A stretch of DNA of 64,000 nucleotides, from NCBI GenBank assembly GCA_963665115.1, contig OY762007.1, positions 6,752,001 to 6,816,000 on the forward strand. Direction: 5' to 3'. A model generated the notes under the pieces. It searched no databases, had not been told where the DNA came from, and was given only the letters and a program-made list of their open reading frames with translations. Positions 54,116 to 64,000 of the stretch are shown here, piece after piece. Each line of letters starts with the position of its first letter. Position 1 is the stretch's first letter. This DNA is from an uncultured Rivularia sp. (GTDB lineage Bacteria > Cyanobacteriota > Cyanobacteriia > Cyanobacteriales > Nostocaceae). Position numbers and translations under genes: made by a program.

Positions 54116-55390
54116 ATGAATTCATCAAATAAATTAACTCCTCCAAAAAGGCGATCGCACCCTACTATCCAATTAGATGTTAACTTTAACGATTTACACA
54201 CCTGCTTCGGCGCTTTCTTCCGTACCATCGATCGCCAGCAATCTTTAAATGGGATTAAATCTTTTTGGCATACCGATAAAGAAGTTTTAGTCACCTTATC
54301 TGTAAGAACTAGTTTAGATTTATTGTTACAATCATTAAATCTACCTCCCGAATCGGAAGTATTAATGAGCGGCATTAATATCCGAGAAATGGCAGAAATT
54401 ATCCGTAGTCATGGATTAATTCCGGTTCCTATTGATATTTCCATAGATACTGTTGCGCCTAATTTAGAAATATTAGAGCAGTTAACTTCTCCTCGAAGCA
54501 AAGTATTATTAATCGCGCATTTATTTGGTGTAATTGTTCCTTTACAGCCTTACGTTGATTTCTGTAAAAAACATCATATTCTACTTGTTGAAGACTGCGC
54601 TCAAGCTTTTGCAGGAAAACAATATTTTGGACATCCTCAAGCTGATGTGAGTCTATTTAGCTTTGGTGCGATCAAATCTTGTACTGCTTTGGGTGGAGCA
54701 GTAGCATTAATTAAAGATAAACAATTAGCTCAAAAAATGGCAGCTATCGAGCAAAAATATTTCCAAAAAAGCGAGTTTTGGTATTTAAAAAGAGTATTTA
54801 AGTTCTATTGGTTAAAACTTCTTTCGCTGCCGAGCTTGTACGATCAAATCCTTAATTTAATGCGGTTGTTAAATTTGGATGTCGAATCAACTATAAAAAA
54901 AGCAACCCTCGGTTTCCCTACAGGTGATATACTCACAAAAATTCGCTATCGTAATCCCAAACATCTACTGTGGTTTTTAAACTATAGATTGAGTCATTGC
55001 GATGATTTTCAAGAGCGTATTCAACGAGGCAAAGATTTTTTAAAAATGCTACCAGATAATCTTACTATCCCTGGTAACAAAGCTGAATATAATTCCTTTT
55101 GGGTAATGCCAATTTTGATAGATTCTCCTGATGCTATGGCAAAAATACTGCGTGCGGAGGGTTTTGATAGTGCCAGAGGAAACCGCAGTTTATTTGCTAT
55201 TGACGCAAAGCCAAATACGCCCAATCATCTTTTACCAATTCAAAGTCAATATTCAATGGCACATATTTTATGCGTACCATTTTCGCCTTTATTAACGGTA
55301 CAGGAATCTGAATATTTAGCGCAATTAATTACGGTAAATATCGATTGTGAATTTGAACAAACAGAAAATATAGTAATTCAAAATAATTAG
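54116..55390 (+). CDS. DegT/DnrJ/EryC1/StrS PLP-dependent aminotransferase
   Basis: AHLFG, VEDCAQA and FSFGAIKS..LGG motifs. Confidence 0.82.
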   Translation: MNSSNKLTPPKRRSHPTIQLDVNFNDLHTCFGAFFRTIDRQQSLNGIKSFWHTDKEVLVTLSVRTSLDLLLQSLNLPPESEVLMSGINIREMAEIIRSHGLIPVPIDISIDTVAPNLEILEQLTSPRSKVLLIAHLFGVIVPLQPYVDFCKKHHILLVEDCAQAFAGKQYFGHPQADVSLFSFGAIKSCTALGGAVALIKDKQLAQKMAAIEQKYFQKSEFWYLKRVFKFYWLKLLSLPSLYDQILNLMRLLNLDVESTIKKATLGFPTGDILTKIRYRNPKHLLWFLNYRLSHCDDFQERIQRGKDFLKMLPDNLTIPGNKAEYNSFWVMPILIDSPDAMAKILRAEGFDSARGNRSLFAIDAKPNTPNHLLPIQSQYSMAHILCVPFSPLLTVQESEYLAQLITVNIDCEFEQTENIVIQNN

Positions 55391-55409
55391 GTATCCGACG
55401 GTTGAATAG

Positions 55410-55635
55410 CCTCGTTACTAGCCTCCAGGCTGGGAACGCATTCTCCGAGGCTCTGCCTCTCGTTAAATCCTTGCTTAGAGGCGGAGCCTCACTTCGGGGA
55501 TTCCTAGTCAAAGACTAGGAAACCAGGTAGAAATTCCGAGGCTAATAGCTAAAGTCTACTAAAGTAGACTGAAAAATATCTAGTCGTCTTTAGACGACTT
55601 TCGCTATTAGCTGGGGGTTTGCAACCCCCAGTGGA
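55410..55635. repeat. Cluster of REP-like multi-hairpin repeats
   Basis: GAGGCTCTGCCTC/GAGGCGGAGCCTC, AGTCTACTAAAGTAGACT and CTGGGGGTT..AACCCCCAG hairpins. Confidence 0.65.
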
Positions 55636-55668
55636 TTTGAAAATAAATCATTTTATGGAGGATTATTT

Positions 55669-56208
55669 ATGGTTTGGGAAATCACTACTGAAGAGTTGTT
55701 GAAAAAGTATACTTCCGGCAAGCGAAATTTTGCAGGGGCTGAAGTCATTAGAGAAAAGGGATGTGGACGTAGCTACATTGACCTTGAAGGTGCTATTTTG
55801 CGAGATGTTAACTTTCGTGGAGCCGATTTGAGTTTTGCCGATCTTAGAGGAGCGGATCTGAGTAGAACCGATCTGTTTGGTGCTTCCTTGGTAGAAGCTC
55901 GGTTGGATGGTGCGATTATCAGGGATGCTAATTTGGAATGTGTTAATTTGTTTAGGTGTTATTTGATTGGTGCTGATTTGGTTGGAAGTCACTTGTATCA
56001 GGCTAGTGCCATCGGTGCTATTTTCCGTAAAGCTAAATTTTTGTATGGTGGTGAGCATAACGTTTTCATTCGTGCTGATTTCCGAGATGCTTCCATTGCC
56101 CACGATGCTATTTGTCGAGCCATGAATGTAATTTGGGATACTATAATGCCCGATGGCAGCGTCCAAAGTGATCCTTATTTTGGAGAGTGGAAATCGATTC
56201 GGAAGTAA
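55669..56208 (+). CDS. Pentapeptide repeat protein
   Basis: ELLKKYTSGKRNF N-terminus and AxLxx repeats. Confidence 0.85.
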   Translation: MVWEITTEELLKKYTSGKRNFAGAEVIREKGCGRSYIDLEGAILRDVNFRGADLSFADLRGADLSRTDLFGASLVEARLDGAIIRDANLECVNLFRCYLIGADLVGSHLYQASAIGAIFRKAKFLYGGEHNVFIRADFRDASIAHDAICRAMNVIWDTIMPDGSVQSDPYFGEWKSIRK

Positions 56209-56249
56209 AAGATTTACAAACAAACAGAAACATCTAAACATATCCCCCC

Positions 56250-57830
56250 TCACAAAACCCCCGGCAATCCCACCTGTTTCGGCTCTACAAACTTACCTTT
56301 AAAATCCACAGTTTGATCTTCAATAGTTCTAGCTTTCGCTAAATCGTTCCTTAATTCTGCACGCTCCATCTTGTCTTTAACCCCACCCAAAATATAAACG
56401 AGTAACCGCGTTGCTAATTCTTTCCCGGCAACTAATACCCGCTTGCGATTCGCATCGTATAAAACCCCATACCAAAGAGATTTAGGAAAGTCCATTCCAC
56501 TAAAACCGCCTTTACTATCAAATTTTCTTAACTTTTCAAAAATATCTTCTATAGAAAAACCTTTTTCAAATATTAAGATACCTAAAGCCTTAGCTAATGC
56601 CATTTGTCCGACTGGACGAAATAAAATATTACCTTCTCCCTCGTCTTTTTCAAAACTAAACCTGCGGAACATTGGCGTGTCTTCGTGTTCTAAAAGTTTA
56701 TAGCTTGGTAAAGTTGCTAAATTGTCAAATAGCTCGTAAAAATCTTCTATCGCTGATTCTAATTCTTCATCCTCCGGGCGCATGGGAATTAAACCTTTGT
56801 CTAAGGGCTTCCAATGAGGATACTTGTGTTCTAAATAACGTTCTGACATCTCTTTTAAAGCTTGCAAAGTTGTCAAAACTGTAGACTTTGCTGCAACTGT
56901 GGCACTATTCCAATTTACGCGAGATTTCCGATCTTTACGCTGTTCTAAAAGTGGATGGCTAACGGCTATCTTTCTGGCAACAATAGAAAAACCATCGTCT
57001 TCATTTAACTGTGCTAACTGTCCTTTACTCAAGGGTACAGCCATTAAGTTAACGTGTACAAAAATTGACCTTACCCTGCGTCTTGCTTCCTCGCGGGTTT
57101 CTCCTTGGGCAACTGCACAAATAAATTCTATACCGATTTTTTCTTGGGGTAATTGTTGTAAATATTCGGCTTCAACTCCGTATTTTTCTGTTAAATTATC
57201 AATCGTAATAAAATTGTTAGCAGCGGCTTTATCTTTCTTGTAGCGCGGTAACTTACCAGTTTTGAGTATCTCCATCAAACCCTGTACCGCCATTAATCTA
57301 TGTTGTCCATCTAATGCATAAATAGTTACATTTTCTTCTCTAATATCAAGCAAGCCAAATTGACCGTTTTCATCTAAACTAGTAAATTCCGTAGTAGATT
57401 TTTTGGCTCGTCCTTTATTGTCCCACTCAGATGCTTTGGAATCATTTACCCAAGGCTGACTAATTACAGCTAATACGGGAGGAAATTTATGATTTTTACG
57501 TGCTGCTAAATACTGAACTAAAGGTGCTTGTCGCGACCAATCTAAGGGGCGTTGCTGAATATCATCTATACTTTCTGCGTCAATTTCGATATTATCAGTA
57601 TCGGGATTGTACTTACTTCGCAATAATGGTAACAAAGATGCAAAGCGAACCTGACTAGCAAACCATTCTAAAGTTACCGAACCAACATAAGCTTGAGTCC
57701 CGCCCATTTCTGTTTTTTGGACTAATAGCTGTTGATTTTCACCAAGATATTTGGTTAATAAAGTAGAAAATTTCTTTTTATCTGGACTGCTAATAACTGA
57801 GAAAGGTTCAGATGCACTCTTTTTCATCAC
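56250..57830 (-). CDS. dndB: DGQHR-domain protein, DndB-like, divergent from dndC
   Basis: QQRPLD, LDGQHR and IFVHVN motifs; position next to dndCDE. Confidence 0.65.
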   Translation of the reverse strand: MMKKSASEPFSVISSPDKKKFSTLLTKYLGENQQLLVQKTEMGGTQAYVGSVTLEWFASQVRFASLLPLLRSKYNPDTDNIEIDAESIDDIQQRPLDWSRQAPLVQYLAARKNHKFPPVLAVISQPWVNDSKASEWDNKGRAKKSTTEFTSLDENGQFGLLDIREENVTIYALDGQHRLMAVQGLMEILKTGKLPRYKKDKAAANNFITIDNLTEKYGVEAEYLQQLPQEKIGIEFICAVAQGETREEARRRVRSIFVHVNLMAVPLSKGQLAQLNEDDGFSIVARKIAVSHPLLEQRKDRKSRVNWNSATVAAKSTVLTTLQALKEMSERYLEHKYPHWKPLDKGLIPMRPEDEELESAIEDFYELFDNLATLPSYKLLEHEDTPMFRRFSFEKDEGEGNILFRPVGQMALAKALGILIFEKGFSIEDIFEKLRKFDSKGGFSGMDFPKSLWYGVLYDANRKRVLVAGKELATRLLVYILGGVKDKMERAELRNDLAKARTIEDQTVDFKGKFVEPKQVGLPGVL

Positions 57831-58038
57831 AAAACTTTAAAAAATTAAATACTGACTTCCATTTACTATATATAAAAACGTTATCAAAACAAAATATTAA
57901 ATAAAAAGTTTTTAAAAACCGCTACTGGTACAAAAATATGTAATACTAGTTTTTGCTCTTATTTTATATAAATACAAATATCTGGCAATTTAATAATCGC
58001 GATTAATCCAAAATCCAAAATCCAAAATCCAAAATCGA

Positions 58039-59632
58039 ATGACTCTTGCCCAACAATCAGAAAAAAGCCAGCCAGCACCCGTTACGGTAATTGATAAAAT
58101 TCCTCTTATTACCAAAGAAATCCAGGAATTATATTTACTAGACGAAATACCTTGGATTATTGGCGTGTCTTGGGGTAAAGACTCCAGCACAATTTTGCAA
58201 CTTATTTGGAATGCGATCGCAACTCTACCACCAAAGAAACGCGGTAAAACAATTCACGTAATTACTACGGATACGCTGGTAGAAAATCCTATCGTTTCGG
58301 CATGGGTTCGCAATTCGATGAAGTTGCTGGGATCTGCTGCGAAAGAAAAAGGAATGCCCATCGAGCCTCATTTGCTGTTGCCAGTAATTCAAGATACATT
58401 TTGGGTGAATTTAATCGGCAGGGGTTATCCGGCTCCCCGCAATCAGTTTCGCTGGTGTACGCCGCGTTTGAAAATTAATCCAGCTAACCAGTTTATTCGC
58501 GAAATGGTTAGAGCTAACGGTGAAACAATTTTGGTTTTGGGTACTCGCAAAGCCGAAAGTTCGAGACGAGCCGCCACAATGCAAAAGCATCAAGCGGGTA
58601 GAATCCGCGAGCGTTTGAGTCCGAATGCCAGTTTACCAAACTCTTTGATTTATACTCCTATCGAAGATTGGAGCAACAACGATGTGTGGATTTACCTCAA
58701 TCAATGTGAAAATCCTTGGGGTGGTAATAATAAAGATTTATTTTCGATGTATCGCGGTGCGACGGCAGATAACGAATGTCCTTTAGTTGTCGATACTTCT
58801 ACCCCCAGTTGCGGCGATTCGCGCTTTGGTTGTTGGGTTTGTACGATGGTGACAAAAGATAAATCAATGGAAGCGATGATTCAGAATGATGAAGAAAAAG
58901 AATGGATGCAGCCGCTTTTAGATATTCGTAACGAGCTAGATATTCAAGACGACCATGATAAGCGCGATTTTCGCAGAATTTGGGGTAAAGTACAGCTTTT
59001 CGAGCGTAATAAAGATGGTAAAACATCAGTGCAGCCAGTACCAGGGTCCCTATACAAAATATTGGCGCGAACATTGGTTAACGAGGGTATTGTCAGCGCA
59101 AACCCAAGCTCGTCAAACTGCGCCGGAAGATATGCGCGATATTACCTTAATTACCCCAGATGAACTGAGTGAAATCAGGCGCATTTGGTTAGAAGAAAAA
59201 CACGAATTTGACGATAGTTTACCCCGGATTTATCAAGAAGTGACAGGAGAATCTTTTGTAGACTCCCGCCCCGGTGCGGGTTACAGCTTATTAGGCAGCG
59301 ATGAGTGGGCAGTATTAGAAGAAATCTGCGACAACGACGCGATGCATTTAGAATTGATGGCGAAACTGTTAGATACAGAACGGCAATATCGTAAAAAATC
59401 GCGTCGCGTCGGAATCTACGATGCCTTAGAAAAATGTTTTGAAACAAGCTCCCGAACTCAAGAAGACGCAATTAAAAACGCCCACTTTAAACGTGACTTA
59501 AAAGATGCTGCTGGCAAAGGTGATATTGACAAAGTAAAACAGTTGACTTTAGGCGACGTTACGGCAGAAAAAGCAACAGAAAAACCAGAAAAATCTAAAA
59601 CTTGGGCAGATAAAAAATTTAAAAAACAATGA
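58039..59632 (+). CDS. dndC: DNA phosphorothioation sulfurtransferase DndC (apparent +1 frameshift at ~59045)
   Basis: SWGKDS, RWCT..LKI and SCGDSRFGCWVCT; joined as PGPYTKYWR. Confidence 0.92.
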
Positions 59633-59836
59633 ACAATTATCAATTATCAATTATCAATTATCAATGAATAATGAAAAATATATGCTGCAATGGTTTGGTG
59701 AGGCAATCCGATAAATTATTAAGGAGTTTAATTATATGCTTTTAATAAATGATAACTATTGACTTATAACACTATAAAGTTAAAGATAAAATCGAATTGA
59801 CTGATAATTGATAATTGATAATTGATAATTGATTAC

Positions 59837-61825
59837 ATGATATTTCTCGAACTTGTTTTAGAAAACTTTGGTCCTTATTATGGTCGTCAAGTCATAAATT
59901 TGCAGCCAAATAATGATGATAATCCCCACCCGATTATTCTTGTCGGTGGAATGAATGGTGGAGGAAAAACAACTTTTATGGATGCGATTCGTCTGGCACT
60001 TTACGGACATCGCGCCCAATGTTCGACTCGCGGTAATTTGAGTTATCATGACTTTCTTAATCAATGCGTAAATACCCATAAATCACCTACAGAGAAAACT
60101 CGCATTGAGCTAGCTTTTGAACATATTGAAAACGATAAACCCGTTAGATATCGTGTAGTTAGAACTTGGGAAAATAATCCTAAAGATGGTAAAGATCATT
60201 TAGGAATTTTAGATATTCGTGAAAACGATGAATGGCTGGATGAGGGATTAGTAAATATTTGGGATGAATATATTGAAAATTTATTACCTTTAGGAATTTC
60301 CAACTTATTTTTATTTGATGGCGAACAGGTAAAAGAACTTGCCGAACAAGAAGAACCACCAACTATTGTAATCGAAGCAATTCGCGCTCTTTTAGGTTTA
60401 GAATTAGCAGAACGTTTGACAGCTGATTTGGAAATATTAGTAAATCGCAAACGTAAAGAACTTGTAGATACAAAAGAACTGGCAAACTTAGAAGAAATAG
60501 AAAAGCGACTCAAAGATTTACAGGAAGAATACGAAGAAACCAAAAATGTAGAAGCGCAGGAATTAGAATTTCTACAGCAAGCAGAAAAAAATCAACAGGA
60601 AGCCTTTGATAAATTTGTCAGCGAAGGCGGAAAAATAGCTTCAGAAAGCAGTCAGTTAGAACAGCAAAAAATAGCAAAAGCTAAAGAAGCAGAAAACACT
60701 CGTCAGGAAATGACTGAATTAGCGGCGGGCGTTTTACCGTTGAAATTAATCGAACCATTACTAAATCAAGCTCAAGAAAGAGGTGAAGTCGAATCCTTAG
60801 TTAAGCAACAGCAAATAGCGCGAGATATATTGCTCGAACGAGATAAACGCTTGCTTAACTTGATTAATAAAATAGATATAGCAGCAGATCAATTTTCTCA
60901 AATAAAAACCTTTTTAGACGAAGACATACAAACTATAAATACATCCTTAAAAGAATCACCTTGGTTATTAGCAGATGCAGAAAGTTTGAGTAAATTAGGC
61001 AATATTCTCTACTACTTGCAAACTACCAGCAATACCGCCAAACAGCAATTAAAACAATTAAAAAATAAAGACGAAGAAATAATTACTTTAGAAAGACAAA
61101 TACAAGCAGCAGCAGCACCAGAAGATTATCAAAAGTTAGTAGAATCAGTTAAAGAAGCCCAAAATAAAGTTACCGATATCAAAAGTAATTGCGAAACAGT
61201 AACTCGTCGCTTAATAGAACTACAAACAGAAATTGATAAATTAAAAAAAGATTTAACAGAATATAGCGTTCAAACCATCGAACATAAAAGCAAAGAAAAC
61301 ATCATTAATGCATCCACAAGAGTACAAGAAACCCTCAAACTATTTCGCGAACGACTTACCTTAAGAAAACTTAACAAATTAGAAAACGAAGTCACAGAAT
61401 GCTTCCGCTACCTGCTCCACAAATCCGATTTAGTACATCGCATCATCATCGACACCAACACCTTCAGCCTTTCCCTATACGACTCAAACTCAAAACAAGT
61501 TGACAAACATCGTTTATCAGCAGGAGAAAAACAACTATTGGCGATCGCCTTCCTTTGGGCATTAGCAAGAGTATCCGGGCATCAATTACCCGTTGCCATC
61601 GACACCCCACTAGGAAGATTAGACTCATCTCACCGCAGCAACTTAGTAGAAAGATACTTCCCCTCAGCCTCCCATCAAGTAATACTACTTTCCACCGACA
61701 CAGAAATCGCCGAAAAAGAAGTAAAAACCCTCCGCAAGAATGAGGCGATCGCCCGCGAATACGTCCTCAAATACTCTCAGAAAACTCGTCAAACTACAGT
61801 AGAATCTGGGTATTTTTGGAAATAG
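59837..61825 (+). CDS. dndD: DNA sulfur modification ATPase DndD
   Basis: GMNGGGKT, FLFDGE, LSAGEKQ, IDTPLGRLD and LSTDTE motifs. Confidence 0.93.
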   Translation: MIFLELVLENFGPYYGRQVINLQPNNDDNPHPIILVGGMNGGGKTTFMDAIRLALYGHRAQCSTRGNLSYHDFLNQCVNTHKSPTEKTRIELAFEHIENDKPVRYRVVRTWENNPKDGKDHLGILDIRENDEWLDEGLVNIWDEYIENLLPLGISNLFLFDGEQVKELAEQEEPPTIVIEAIRALLGLELAERLTADLEILVNRKRKELVDTKELANLEEIEKRLKDLQEEYEETKNVEAQELEFLQQAEKNQQEAFDKFVSEGGKIASESSQLEQQKIAKAKEAENTRQEMTELAAGVLPLKLIEPLLNQAQERGEVESLVKQQQIARDILLERDKRLLNLINKIDIAADQFSQIKTFLDEDIQTINTSLKESPWLLADAESLSKLGNILYYLQTTSNTAKQQLKQLKNKDEEIITLERQIQAAAAPEDYQKLVESVKEAQNKVTDIKSNCETVTRRLIELQTEIDKLKKDLTEYSVQTIEHKSKENIINASTRVQETLKLFRERLTLRKLNKLENEVTECFRYLLHKSDLVHRIIIDTNTFSLSLYDSNSKQVDKHRLSAGEKQLLAIAFLWALARVSGHQLPVAIDTPLGRLDSSHRSNLVERYFPSASHQVILLSTDTEIAEKEVKTLRKNEAIAREYVLKYSQKTRQTTVESGYFWK

Positions 61826-62011
61826 GGGATTGGGCATTGGAGAATAGTTAGGAGTAGCAAGTCGCAAGTAGTGAGTAGCAAGTAGCAAGTAGCAAGTAGC
61901 AAGTAGTGAGTAGCGGGTTATGAACTAATTTCTCTTTGTCTCCCCATCCCCCATGCCCAATGCCCAATCCCCAATGCCCAATCCCCCATGCCCAATCCCC
62001 AACTTTAAATC

Positions 62012-62398
62012 ATGGAATCACCAATCGAACGCATCCGCTTATCCCAGACAGGCAAAGATCAACTGTTAAAACTCAGGCGCTTTACCAAAATCGATCAGTG
62101 GAATATCCTGTGTCGCTGGGGGTTTTGTCGTTCCCTCGCAGAAAAAAGTATTCCTTCTCCCGTACCGATACCCCAAGATAGTAACGTCGAATTAAACTGG
62201 CGAATATTTGGCGGTGAAATGTCCGATATGCTGCTTTTAGCCCTCAAACAACGCTGTTATAACGATGGTTTGGGAACCGATAAAGAAACCCTCGTAACCC
62301 AATTTCGGCTACATCTACATCGCGGCATCGGCTATTTAGCAGGAGATCCAAATATTAAGAAAATTGAAGATTTGATTGAATTAGCCACTGAGAATTAG
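62012..62398 (+). CDS. dndE: DNA sulfur modification protein DndE
   Basis: WNILCRWGFCRSL and HLHRGIGYL motifs. Confidence 0.93.
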   Translation: MESPIERIRLSQTGKDQLLKLRRFTKIDQWNILCRWGFCRSLAEKSIPSPVPIPQDSNVELNWRIFGGEMSDMLLLALKQRCYNDGLGTDKETLVTQFRLHLHRGIGYLAGDPNIKKIEDLIELATEN

Positions 62399-62399
62399 G

Positions 62400-62645
62400 T
62401 AGGAGATGGGGAAATTATTAAAGTAGTGAGTAGTGAGTAGTGAGTAGTAAGTAGTAAGTAGCGAGTAAAAATAGACGGGCAGAAGTACCGACATTTATGA
62501 CAATAATAAAAAAGTGATTTACTCTCTACTCCCTACTTCCTACTTCCTACTTCCTACTCCCTACTTCCTACTCCCTACTTCCTACTCCCTACTCCCTACT
62601 CATAACTCCTAACTATTTCCAATCCCCAATGCCCAATCCCCTACT
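62400..62645. repeat. STRR-armed dispersed element, copy 2 (inverted relative to 12840-13100)
   Basis: 68-bp core at 62456-62523. Confidence 0.85.
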
Positions 62646-62701
62646 CACCCTTCACTCTTCTATGAGATAATAATTGCCAATTGCCAATTGGATTTGTAGA
62701 G

Positions 62702-64000
62702 ATGCCCGAAGTTTTAGCAATTGAACGCCACAGAGCAGCAATTTACCGCACAGACTTATCTCGTCCGACGAAATTGGCATTGGAATTTGAAATTATTAAT
62801 AAGAAGACTACGTTTTTTGATTATGGATGCGGACATGGCGGTGATGTCAAAAGATTGGCAGAGATCAATGTAAAAAGTGCGGGTTGGGACCCTTATTACA
62901 ATCCCGATGCCCGTTTGAAGTCTGCCGATGTAGTCAATCTCGGTTATATTCTTAACGTTATTGAAGATACCGAAGAACGGCTTGAGAGCCTTCAAAATGC
63001 GTGGAAACTCGCGAAGAAAGTATTAATAGTAGCCGCTCAAGTATTAGTAAGTACCATTAGTAGCAAAAATCAATTAGCTTATGGCGATGGTGTATTAACT
63101 CGTCGCAATACTTTTCAGAAATACTACGAACAGGGAGAACTTAAAAAATATATTGATAGCACTTTAGAAGTTGATGCCGTACCTGTAGCGTTAGGCATAT
63201 ACTTTGTGTTTCGCGACGAACAAGAAAAAGAAAATTTTCGCGTCGAGTGCTATCGTTCCCGAGTAATTGCGCCGAGAATTATTCTTGCGACTAAAAAATA
63301 TGAAGACTGCAAACAGGAATTAGCTCCATTAATTGAATTCTATACAAAACGCGGCAGATTACCAGTTGAAGGAGAATTAGAACCAGAAGCTTTATCAAAA
63401 ATACTGGTTGAATTTACCAGCATTCGCCGCGCCTTCAAAGTAATATTGCAAGCAACAGACGAAGCCGAATGGGATGCGATCGCCTACCGTCGTTCATTAG
63501 ACATCCAAGTTTATCTTGCCTTGGTGCATTTTGAAGAAGAACGTCCCAGATTCTCAGAGCTACCCAAGGAAATCCAATACGACATCAAAGCCTTATTCGG
63601 TTCATATCGGGATGCTTGCGAAGTAGCTGACGAAAAGTTATTTAGTTTAGGCGAACCTAAAATAATTCAAAAAGCCTGCTACAAAGGTAAAGTTGGTAAG
63701 CTTACACCAAGCGCTCTTTACGTCCACATGAAAGCTTTGTGGGAACTAGAACCATTGCTACGAATCTACGAAGGCTGCGCCAGTCGTGTATTTGGACGGC
63801 CAGAAGAAACAACACTGATCAAACTTCACATCAAAGAACCAAAAATATCTTACCTGTATTACCCCGATTTCGATACCGATGCTCATCCAGCCTTAAAAGC
63901 AAGCATAGTAATCGACTTACAAACATTCAAAATCACTCGCGGCGACTACTCCACCAGAGAAAATCCGCCTATACTGCACCGAAAAGAAACATTTGTAACA
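62702..64000 (+). CDS. DNA phosphorothioation-associated putative methyltransferase (partial, runs off right edge)
   Basis: Manual translation MPEVLAIERHRAAIYRTDLSRP..FDYGCGHGGD..GWDPYY..VNLGYILNVIE; follows dndE. Confidence 0.85.
   Translation, partial: MPEVLAIERHRAAIYRTDLSRPTKLALEFEIINKKTTFFDYGCGHGGDVKRLAEINVKSAGWDPYYNPDARLKSADVVNLGYILNVIEDTEERLESLQNAWKLAKKVLIVAAQVLVSTISSKNQLAYGDGVLTRRNTFQKYYEQGELKKYIDSTLEVDAVPVALGIYFVFRDEQEKENFRVECYRSRVIAPRIILATKKYEDCKQELAPLIEFYTKRGRLPVEGELEPEALSKILVEFTSIRRAFKVILQATDEAEWDAIAYRRSLDIQVYLALVHFEEERPRFSELPKEIQYDIKALFGSYRDACEVADEKLFSLGEPKIIQKACYKGKVGKLTPSALYVHMKALWELEPLLRIYEGCASRVFGRPEETTLIKLHIKEPKISYLYYPDFDTDAHPALKASIVIDLQTFKITRGDYSTRENPPILHRKETFVT

Noticed and set aside
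54116..55390. PLP enzyme as the missing DndA cysteine desulfurase
   Set aside because: Motifs are DegT/DnrJ type and lack the IscS/DndA SSGSACTS catalytic loop.
57925..57950. LexA box between dndB and dndC
   Set aside because: Only the GGTAC half-site matches; the second half does not fit the consensus.

Overview
This is chromosomal DNA from a heterocyst-forming cyanobacterium (Nostocales inferred from HIP1 GCGATCGC sites, heptamer STRR arrays, petBD, cpcS, ndhQ and an hglK-like gene). It has three zones. (1) 1-10572 is the distal part of a Tn7-like type I-B (Myxan-type) CRISPR-associated transposon. It carries hsdM, an HTH gene bracketed by palindromes, a GmrSD-like gene, a 2-spacer array, cas5-cas7-cas8-cas6 without cas1/2/3/4, and an intact transposon end. 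Its Cascade is decaying: cas6 is split by an IS66-family element that carries a strongly structured 3' segment, and cas8 has a nonsense codon. (2) 10.6-42 kb is housekeeping and photosynthesis genes with many dispersed repeats. (3) 42-64 kb holds an orphan V-K-CAST-like end 34 bp downstream of tRNA-Thr with a toxin-antitoxin remnant, then argF-lexA, then a DNA phosphorothioation island (PbeABCD-like module, two DGQHR/DndB proteins, dndCDE, associated methyltransferase). Six apparent +1 frameshifts, one in petB, fall on GGNCC sites and are probably modification-linked sequencing errors. All calls are from manual reading; no database searches were run.
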